Source: Clostridia bacterium (GTDB lineage Bacteria; Bacillota; Clostridia; Christensenellales; CAG-917). From it: 64,000 bases of DNA. Made by a program: the position numbers and the translations under genes. This document shows positions 55,555-62,425 of this stretch, one piece after another. How positions within the stretch are numbered: position 1 is the stretch's first letter; each line of letters opens with the position of its first letter. The DNA is taken from NCBI GenBank assembly GCA_045613765.1, contig JAZLBO010000020.1:5193-69192 (forward strand), given 5' to 3'. The notes under the pieces were generated by a model. The model saw only the letters and a list, made by a program, of their open reading frames with translations. It was not told the origin of the DNA and made no database searches.

Positions 55555-57903
55555 ATGCTTATGAAGATGAAGAAACAATCAATCATTTCTACGTTGATTT
55601 TTGCCGTAATTTTGGTTTCGGCAGTTTTTTCGTACTCAAATATAGCCTTTGCAGACCAAGTGGAATTGCTCTACCCCAACGACGGATATGTGCAAGCAGA
55701 AAACGTTGATTGCATTGGACTGAACAATCTCTACACCGTCACTTTTGACAACGAAAATCAACTCTTGTCATACAACGGCACAAAGGTCGGCTCAATCCAA
55801 CTTGAAGACAGCGTTTCAAAGATCTTTGTCTTTGGCAACACTGCAGTTGTCAAAGGGGAAAAGGGCTTTTATTTTGTTGACTTCTCTGCAAATGAAATTT
55901 CCGTCCAATCAACCACACTTTTTGATGGGGATAGTTATCTTGCAACAGACGGCACTTCCCTTTTTGTTCACTCATACGGACAAGTGGTTGTATATGACGA
56001 GAGCATTCAAGTGGTAAGCACATATACTGACAGCATCTTCAACAACAAGCCTGTTTTGGTGGCACAAGACAACGTCATCTACGGCTTTGTGGTTGAACAC
56101 GGCATCAGTATTGTTTACACCTACGATACACTGACTGGCGAAGCACATAGTTTCATCAAAGACACAGTCATAAAAGGTGCAGTGGCAGGTGGCACAATCT
56201 TTGGCTACAATGGGGAAAATATCATACTCGTTGACAAGAAAAATATACCTGTTGATGACGGCACTCTTGACTTTGTTGCAACAGATATAAGCGAGCAAAA
56301 TTTCACTGCTTTTGGCGACTATCTTTACATTGCAAAAAGCAAGGACGGATTTGACAAATTTGCATATCAAAATGGCGCTCTCACATTTGTTGGAAACTAC
56401 TCCTACACAGGCAGTGGCCTTGACAAGTTGAACAACCCTTCATCAGTGGCAACAATGAAAGACGAACTCATCATTGCAGACACTTCAAACAATCGTATTC
56501 TCTATGTGGGCGACGAGGTTGTGGCTCTTGAAATGGACGCCCCTACACTCATCACTGCAAGCAAAAATAGACTGTATGTTTTGACATCAAACGGCATTGC
56601 AATCGTTGACAACAAAACCGTTGTAAGCACAATCAAAACAAGCGTTGAAATCCATGATATGATTTACACTGACGGATTGTATGTTTTGGCAGAAAACGGG
56701 GTTTATATACTCATAGGTGGCAGTTTAATCAAGGTTATTGACGTAAATGACTGCTTTGCCTTTGCATCAAACTCATTGATTTACACTCTCAATTCAACTG
56801 GTGTTAAGGTCTTTGATTTTGACGGAAATGAAAACGAACTTTTGTCCTTTGTAGTTGATGGATACACCCCTCTTGACCTTCTTGTTGACGTGGTTGGCAA
56901 TGTGTATATTCTTGGTGACGACAATGCAGTCCACGTATATAAATGGCAAGATATAATAAGTGCAAATATCAGTGGCAACACCACTCTTTCAACTGAAATT
57001 TCCATCGACTCAACAACGTACAATTTCAGTGCACAATCAATGTTTGAAATTGATGAAAAACTTGTATTTGCAACAACAGAAAATGCTTTGATTTCTCTTG
57101 ATAATCCCCTTGTAAAAACCGTTGAAAACGGTGTGTCTATTGACACTGCAAACTACGGTGCAGACACATACGTTACAACTGAAAGCGCATACTTTATAAC
57201 CAATGAAAATGACGGCACAACTGCAATGAAAATTGACAGTGAAATAATACTGATTTGCTACGAAGTTGAGGGTATGCTTTACACCTCTATTGACGGCAAA
57301 AAGGGTTGGATTTTTGGCGCTGACAAGGTCATAGAAGACACTGCTTGCGCAGGCGAATATATTGCAAAGGCAGACATCAAGTTGTATGCAAATCCTATGG
57401 TTGACAGTGGCATAACCGTAAAGAAAGGCACTGCTCTCAACGTGATTGACAATGCAGGTGGATATGATGGCAACAAGTGGGTGCGTGTGGAATACAACGG
57501 CAAGACCTACTACACTGAAAGCAGTGGACTTCAAAAGAAATCATCAGCCACTATCCTTCCTGAAATACCCAAACCTGAAAAGCCTGAAAAGGTTGACACT
57601 GAATACGGCAGAGCCAAAGCATCACGTGCAGGGGAACTTGTGTCACTCTACTCTCTTGACGGCTCAACCGTTGTTACAAGCGTTGCAGACGGCACAAAAC
57701 TTGAAGTGGTTGAAAAGATTGGGGAATACTTTAAAGTCAAGCACGACGGGAGCGAGGTTCTCATCCACCAAGATCATTTCAAACTTGACGGATTGACAAC
57801 GGTGCAAATCGTTGCAATCATATTGTCCGTGGTTGTTGTGCTTACAGGTGGACTTATTTTTGCAGTGACTTCTCTGTCAAAGAAAAAAGAAGAAAACCAA
57901 TAA
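55555..57903 (+). CDS. Secreted, membrane-anchored beta-propeller (NHL-like) protein with C-terminal SH3b-like domains
   Basis: Signal peptide. NHL-like repeat (LIIADTSNNRILYV). SH3b-like segments (GEYIAKADIKLYANP...NKWVRVEYNGKTYY; ELVSLYSLDGS...YFKVKHDG). A TM helix and a KKKEENQ tail. The start could be ATG 55555, 55561 or 55567. Confidence 0.72.
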   Translation: MLMKMKKQSIISTLIFAVILVSAVFSYSNIAFADQVELLYPNDGYVQAENVDCIGLNNLYTVTFDNENQLLSYNGTKVGSIQLEDSVSKIFVFGNTAVVKGEKGFYFVDFSANEISVQSTTLFDGDSYLATDGTSLFVHSYGQVVVYDESIQVVSTYTDSIFNNKPVLVAQDNVIYGFVVEHGISIVYTYDTLTGEAHSFIKDTVIKGAVAGGTIFGYNGENIILVDKKNIPVDDGTLDFVATDISEQNFTAFGDYLYIAKSKDGFDKFAYQNGALTFVGNYSYTGSGLDKLNNPSSVATMKDELIIADTSNNRILYVGDEVVALEMDAPTLITASKNRLYVLTSNGIAIVDNKTVVSTIKTSVEIHDMIYTDGLYVLAENGVYILIGGSLIKVIDVNDCFAFASNSLIYTLNSTGVKVFDFDGNENELLSFVVDGYTPLDLLVDVVGNVYILGDDNAVHVYKWQDIISANISGNTTLSTEISIDSTTYNFSAQSMFEIDEKLVFATTENALISLDNPLVKTVENGVSIDTANYGADTYVTTESAYFITNENDGTTAMKIDSEIILICYEVEGMLYTSIDGKKGWIFGADKVIEDTACAGEYIAKADIKLYANPMVDSGITVKKGTALNVIDNAGGYDGNKWVRVEYNGKTYYTESSGLQKKSSATILPEIPKPEKPEKVDTEYGRAKASRAGELVSLYSLDGSTVVTSVADGTKLEVVEKIGEYFKVKHDGSEVLIHQDHFKLDGLTTVQIVAIILSVVVVLTGGLIFAVTSLSKKKEENQ

Positions 57904-57937
57904 TTTTTCACAAATTTATTTATTTTGTGTTAAATGC

Positions 57938-57966
57938 TTGCTTTTTATATTTCTATGATATATAAT
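57938..57966 (+). promoter_or_regulatory. Sigma-A type promoter for tRNA-Pro
   Basis: TTGCTT, a 17-nt spacer and TATAAT, ending 11 nt before the mature tRNA 5' end. Confidence 0.65.
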
Positions 57967-57977
57967 AGCAACGCTAT

Positions 57978-58054
57978 ATGGGTGTGGCGCAGTTTGGTAG
58001 CGCGCTTGAATGGGGTTCAAGAGGTCGGGGGTTCAAGTCCCTTCACCCATACCA
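57978..58054 (+). tRNA. tRNA-Pro (anticodon GGG), CCA-encoded
   Basis: Manual cloverleaf. Acceptor ATGGGTG/CACCCAT, D arm GCGC-AGTTTGGTA-GCGC, anticodon arm CTTGA-ATGGGGT-TCAAG, variable loop AGGTC, T arm GGGGG-TTCAAGT-CCCTT, discriminator A and CCA. Confidence 0.88.
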
Positions 58055-58055
58055 G

Positions 58056-58093
58056 AAAAAGACTCAGGATTGTAATCAATCTTGAGTCTTTTT
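58056..58093 (+). terminator. Intrinsic terminator after tRNA-Pro
   Basis: AAAAAGACTCA...TGAGTC followed by a T5 run. Confidence 0.7.
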
Positions 58094-58100
58094 CAATTAT

Positions 58101-58267
58101 ATCCGCCTTTGACGGAATAAATCCACATCAGTGGATGAAATCGCTCCGCGATGAAATCTACCTAATCGGCAGGTTTGAAAAGGTGGATATGATTTCATCT
58201 GAGGTGACACAACGAAGATTTCATCCAAACCTGTTTGGATTTCATCCTGCAAAAGCAGGATTTCATT
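58101..58267. repeat. Array of ATC...GAT palindromic hairpins joined by a constant 9-nt junction
   Basis: Hairpins: ATCCAC-atca-GTGGAT (58121-58136), ATCGC-tcc-GCGAT (58140-58152), ATCCAAAC-ct-GTTTGGAT (58223-58240) and ATCCTGC-aaaa-GCAGGAT (58244-58261), plus weaker ones. The junction GATGAAATC occurs at 58134 and 58150. Its reverse complement GATTTCAT(C) occurs at 58191, 58217, 58238 and 58259. Confidence 0.65.
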
Positions 58268-58316
58268 ATTGCTTTTCAATAGATTTTGTACTATACTTGT
58301 AAAAGAGGTGACTATT

Positions 58317-58661
58317 ATGACAGAAAACAAACTCGCAGATTTGTCTATAGATTTTGCTGTTAGCGTTTTAAAATTGACAGGTAGCATCAAAGGACACTAC
58401 TCTCTTGTAAATCAATTAGAACGCAGTGCAACATCTATCGGTGCAAATATTCGTGAAGCAAAATACGCTCATAGCAAGGCAGACTTTATATCCAAACTTC
58501 AAATTTCTTTAAAGGAATGTTATGAAACTGAATATTGGCTTGAGATTATGCAAAGAGCCGAAATAATAAATGACGACAAATCTAAAGCACTTATGCACGA
58601 TTGTGGCTCCATCAGAAAAATCCTCATTTCTTCCATAAACACTGCCAAAACAAATTCATAA
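58317..58661 (+). CDS. Four-helix-bundle protein (23S rRNA intervening-sequence protein / Avd-like family)
   Basis: Start at ATG 58317 with an AGAGGTG RBS. The sequence LERSATSIGANIREA...FISKLQISLKECYETEYWLEI is typical of the TIGR02436/PF05635 family. Confidence 0.85.
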   Translation: MTENKLADLSIDFAVSVLKLTGSIKGHYSLVNQLERSATSIGANIREAKYAHSKADFISKLQISLKECYETEYWLEIMQRAEIINDDKSKALMHDCGSIRKILISSINTAKTNS

Positions 58662-58690
58662 GACGCTATTTCAACAATATATAAAACCAC

Positions 58691-58727
58691 AAAAAAACGG
58701 ACTATATTCAGTCCGTTTTATTTTTTT
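58691..58727. terminator. Bidirectional intrinsic terminator
   Basis: A7 run, then stem CGGACT/AGTCCG, then TTTTATTTTTTT. Confidence 0.75.
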
Positions 58728-58792
58728 GAATTTTGAATTATCTGGGGGTTTAATGCTCAAATTTTCTTTATAAAGTGGTTGTTTTTGCGATT

Positions 58793-58975
58793 TTACTCGT
58801 CACTCTCAGTAACTGCATTGTCCTTTTTGCTGTGGCAAGAATTTGCGTGGGGGCAGGTGGCACAACCACAGCCACAACCACTTTTGCCTTTTACTTTTTT
58901 GTAGATGGAAAGGGCTATCACTGACACTACGATCAGTGCAGACACCACCACTATTGCGATTTCAGTCGGGGTCAT
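58793..58975 (-). CDS. FeoB-associated Cys-rich membrane protein
   Basis: 60 aa. One TM helix followed by GCGCGCATCPHANSC, immediately downstream of feoB. Confidence 0.8.
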   Translation of the reverse strand: MTPTEIAIVVVSALIVVSVIALSIYKKVKGKSGCGCGCATCPHANSCHSKKDNAVTESDE

Positions 58976-58984
58976 AGTACCCTC

Positions 58985-61279
58985 CTATTTTTTGTTTTTG
59001 ATTTTGTCAATAACTTTCTTTGGGTTCAACTTTGACAAGTTGATTTTGCCTTTGTTGTTGAGCAGGATAAGGGTTATGACAACTGCCCACAGTGCAAGGA
59101 AGATGAACACTGTCCACCACCATTGACCGATAAGGTAGAACATTGATGACACTATGTATGACGTTGCCACCCAGAATACCAATGTCCAAGCAAATGACTT
59201 TTTGTTGCCAAGTTCTGCCTTGGCTGTGGCGACAGCTGCAAAGCAAGGTATTGTGAGCATATTGAACACGATAAAGGATATGAGCGCAGGCACTGTGACG
59301 CCTGTTGCAGTGATCATGTGGACTACTGCATCAACCCCTTCCACTTCCCCAGTTGCCACAAGACCGGCAGACACACAAGCAGCGAGAGTGCCAAAGGTTG
59401 CAACGACGTTCTCTTTGGCGATAAGACCTGTGATTGCTGCCACAACAAATACCCAACCAAAGCTTGTCAGTTGTGAGCCAAATCCAAGGGGTGTGAACAA
59501 GGGCAAAATGAGTTTGCCTATGCCTGCGAGAATACTCTCGTTGATGCGAGTATCGTCAAGGTAGTGCCAATCAAATGAGAAGTGTGACACAAACCATATA
59601 ACTATTGTTGAGGCAAGGATAACCGTGAAAGCCTTTTCAATGAAGTGCTTTGCTTTATCCCACAAGTGCAACATAAGGTTTTTGAATTGGGGTGCATGGT
59701 AGTTGGGCAATTCCATAATAAATGGGGGGACGTCGCCTTTCATGGTTGTTGAGCGCATGAGAAGAACGGACAAGATTGCCACCACTATTCCAACCACGTA
59801 CATGCCGTATGTGATAAGGTCGGTGTGAGGAAGTCCAAAGGACAAGCCAATTCCACCTGCGATTGCAGTGAGTATGGGCATTTTTGCGCCACAACTGAAG
59901 AAAGGTATGACACGTATGGTTGCCTTACGCTCGTTTTCGTCTGCAAGAGTGCGAGTGTTGATTATTGCAGGCACTGAACAGCCAAAGCCCATAATCATAG
60001 GCATAAATGCTCTGCCTGACAAACCGAATTTACGGAAAATTCTGTCCAAGATAAAGGCAACACGTGCCATATATCCACTATCTTCAAGTATTGAGAATAA
60101 GAGGAACAACAAGAGAATTTGAGGAAGGAAGGTGAGCACTGCAAAGAGTCCACCAAGCACCCCTTCGCACACAAGTCCTATTGCCCACTCGCTAATGTCT
60201 CCTTCTACCATTGCATTTGAGATGAGGTCCGTGAGAGTGGATGTGCCAAGATCTAATAGGTTGAAAAGCACTACGCCGGGTGAATTGATGCCACCTTCAC
60301 CAAATACACCTTCCATCACCGTGCCTTGAAGTGCTACCCAATCTTTTGGCAAGAAAAGACTGATGAACAAGAAGTCTTCAGAGAAAGTCAAGTGGAATAC
60401 GCCAAAGAGTATCACAAGGAAGATGGGTATGCCCCAGAACTTGTGTGTGAGCACTTTGTCGATCTTGTCCGACTTGGTGTTGCCGTCACTGTGTGCTTTG
60501 GGATTGCGAGTGAGTGCAACTGAATAGTGTTTGGTTATGTGCTTATATCTGCTATCTGCGATAACTGCCTCAAAATCACTGCCAAAGGTGTCATTTTCGT
60601 AGGTTTTCTTGAATTCTTCCACCATAACTGCAGAACTTGGGTGGGCTTCCACTTCAATTTCGTCAAGTTCCACAAGTTTGACTGCATGGAAAAGTGCATT
60701 GTCAACTCCTTGACCTTCAAGAGCAATACGACAGTCGCCAATAAGGTGCATAAGGGGTGTATTTTGCATGACGGTAAAGCCTTTGCGCTTTTCTTTGCTA
60801 CACTCGTATGCACGTGTCATAAGTTGGTCAAGCCCCGTTTCCTTGAGTGCAGATATTGACACAACGGGGACACCAATCTTTTCTTCAAGTTTTCTTTCGT
60901 CAAGGACATCTCCACACTTTTCAAGTTCATCCATCATATTGAGCGCAACGATAACTGGCACGTCAATTTCAAGGATTTGTGTTGTGAGATACAAGTTTCT
61001 TTCAAGATTGGTTGCGTCAACGATATTTATGACACAATCAGGCTTTTCATCTAAGATGAAATTACGTGAAATAACTTCCTCGGGTGTGTATGGAGAAAGT
61101 GAATAAATACCGGGCAAATCTACAATAGATATTGGCTCAGCACATTTTTTGTATAAACCTTCCTTTTTGTCAACAGTGACACCGGGCCAGTTGCCAACGT
61201 GAGCAGTTGAGCCTGTCAATGAGTTGAAAAGGGTGGTTTTTCCACTATTGGGGTTTCCTACAAGGGCAAATCTTTTCAT
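58985..61279 (-). CDS. feoB: Ferrous iron transport protein B
   Basis: 764 aa. N-terminal G domain (GNPNSGKTTLFN, DLPG, NMMD) and a polytopic Gate-domain permease. Confidence 0.96.
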   Translation of the reverse strand: MKRFALVGNPNSGKTTLFNSLTGSTAHVGNWPGVTVDKKEGLYKKCAEPISIVDLPGIYSLSPYTPEEVISRNFILDEKPDCVINIVDATNLERNLYLTTQILEIDVPVIVALNMMDELEKCGDVLDERKLEEKIGVPVVSISALKETGLDQLMTRAYECSKEKRKGFTVMQNTPLMHLIGDCRIALEGQGVDNALFHAVKLVELDEIEVEAHPSSAVMVEEFKKTYENDTFGSDFEAVIADSRYKHITKHYSVALTRNPKAHSDGNTKSDKIDKVLTHKFWGIPIFLVILFGVFHLTFSEDFLFISLFLPKDWVALQGTVMEGVFGEGGINSPGVVLFNLLDLGTSTLTDLISNAMVEGDISEWAIGLVCEGVLGGLFAVLTFLPQILLLFLLFSILEDSGYMARVAFILDRIFRKFGLSGRAFMPMIMGFGCSVPAIINTRTLADENERKATIRVIPFFSCGAKMPILTAIAGGIGLSFGLPHTDLITYGMYVVGIVVAILSVLLMRSTTMKGDVPPFIMELPNYHAPQFKNLMLHLWDKAKHFIEKAFTVILASTIVIWFVSHFSFDWHYLDDTRINESILAGIGKLILPLFTPLGFGSQLTSFGWVFVVAAITGLIAKENVVATFGTLAACVSAGLVATGEVEGVDAVVHMITATGVTVPALISFIVFNMLTIPCFAAVATAKAELGNKKSFAWTLVFWVATSYIVSSMFYLIGQWWWTVFIFLALWAVVITLILLNNKGKINLSKLNPKKVIDKIKNKK

Positions 61280-61280
61280 A

Positions 61281-61508
61281 CTATATTCTCTCCATTGTCA
61301 CAAGTTCAGCCTCTGTCTTGCGCAGAGTGAGTTCATAGCCACGGAGTTTGACTTCAATGGGATCGCCAAGGGGTGCTTTTTTGCGCAAAGTGATTTCTGC
61401 GCCCGGTGTGACACCCATATCAAAAAGACGTCTGCGAATTGCACCTTCGCCACCAACCGTCTTGACTACTCCCCTTTCTCCAATGGTAAATTCGCTGAGT
61501 TGTTTCAT
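61281..61508 (-). CDS. feoA: Ferrous iron transport protein A (FeoA)
   Basis: 75 aa. SH3-like FeoA pattern (RRLFDMGVTPGAEI...). Confidence 0.9.
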   Translation of the reverse strand: MKQLSEFTIGERGVVKTVGGEGAIRRRLFDMGVTPGAEITLRKKAPLGDPIEVKLRGYELTLRKTEAELVTMERI

Positions 61509-61730
61509 ATCAAATCTCCTAACAAAAAACTAAAATGTGAACTTTATTTCATATTTTGCAAAATTATTATATGACTTTGTGTGTCTTTTGTCAATCAAAA
61601 AGTGAAACAAATTTCATATTTTTGAAAATTTTTCTTGCAGAATATAAAATATGAGTTATAATGTATATGAAATAAATTATATCAAATTATATATCATTGT
61701 ATTGTGGCATTTTGTCACATAGGGGGAAAG

Positions 61731-62330
61731 ATGAGCGAAGTCCGTACACCACAGCAAGAGCGTTCAATCGCCAAAAAGAAAAAGATCATTGAGGCAGGTT
61801 ATGACCTGTTCTCTCGTGTGGGCTATCACGCAACAAATACTGCAGAAATCGCCAAGCACGCAGGGGTTTCAACAGGCATAGTCTATGGCTACTTTAAGGA
61901 TAAGAGAGATATCCTTCTCGACGTCCTTGACATCTATCTTGACAAGGCTCTCGCACCTGTCCTTACACTTTTTGACGGACTTACTGCACCCATCAACTTT
62001 GACAAATTTATCCCCGAAGTCATTGATGCAACCATCGACACACACCGTCACAATGCCAACATCCACGAAGCACTCCACGCCATGAGCGCAAGCGACGAGG
62101 CAGTCAACCATAAGTTTATGGAACTTGAAGACAAAATGACGTCTGCCATCGCAAACAAACTAAAATCACTTGGGGTTGACGTTGATAGTATGGAAGAAAA
62201 AATTCACCTTGCCATCGGTATCGTGCAAAGTTTCTCCCACGAGTGTATCTTCGACAACCACCACTATCTCAACTACGATAAAATGCGTGACGTCTGCATA
62301 AGCGTTGTAAAAAGCATGTTTGAAAACTAA
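61731..62330 (+). CDS. TetR/AcrR family transcriptional regulator
   Basis: N-terminal TetR HTH (GYHATNTAEIAKHAGVSTGIVYGYF). I prefer ATG 61731 (GGGGGAAAG RBS) over the track GTG at 61704. Confidence 0.85.
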   Translation: MSEVRTPQQERSIAKKKKIIEAGYDLFSRVGYHATNTAEIAKHAGVSTGIVYGYFKDKRDILLDVLDIYLDKALAPVLTLFDGLTAPINFDKFIPEVIDATIDTHRHNANIHEALHAMSASDEAVNHKFMELEDKMTSAIANKLKSLGVDVDSMEEKIHLAIGIVQSFSHECIFDNHHYLNYDKMRDVCISVVKSMFEN

Positions 62331-62353
62331 CAACCAGCAAACTTGAAGCACAT

Positions 62354-62383
62354 AAAAAAACGAGCCTAAAATGGCTCGTTTTT
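62354..62383. terminator. Bidirectional intrinsic terminator between the TetR gene and the M13 peptidase gene
   Basis: A7 run, then stem CGAGCC/GGCTCG, then a T5 run. Confidence 0.75.
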
Positions 62384-62425
62384 ATTATGCATTATACTTT
62401 TGCAAATTTCATAATCGACGTTTTA

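Noticed and set aside
46418-57903. LPXTG/sortase anchoring of the large surface proteins.
   Set aside because: The C-termini have the hydrophobic helix and basic tail, but no LPXTG-like pentapeptide (or SPKTG/NPQTN variants) precedes them.
58101-58267. CRISPR array.
   Set aside because: The constant unit is only 9 nt, the spacers are 8-18 nt and self-complementary, the unit changes orientation mid-array, and no cas genes are in the window.
57934-58390. Track ORFs 57934-58302 (plus) and 58097-58390 (minus).
   Set aside because: The first reads through the tRNA-Pro gene, its terminator and the hairpin array. The second is antisense to the array and to the start of the four-helix-bundle gene. 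Their repetitive peptides (FHPNLFGFHPAKAGFH) are a by-product of the nucleotide repeats.
58317-58661. Diversity-generating retroelement, because the four-helix-bundle protein resembles Avd.
   Set aside because: No reverse transcriptase gene is present, and I could not find a template/variable repeat pair with adenine-specific differences in the window.
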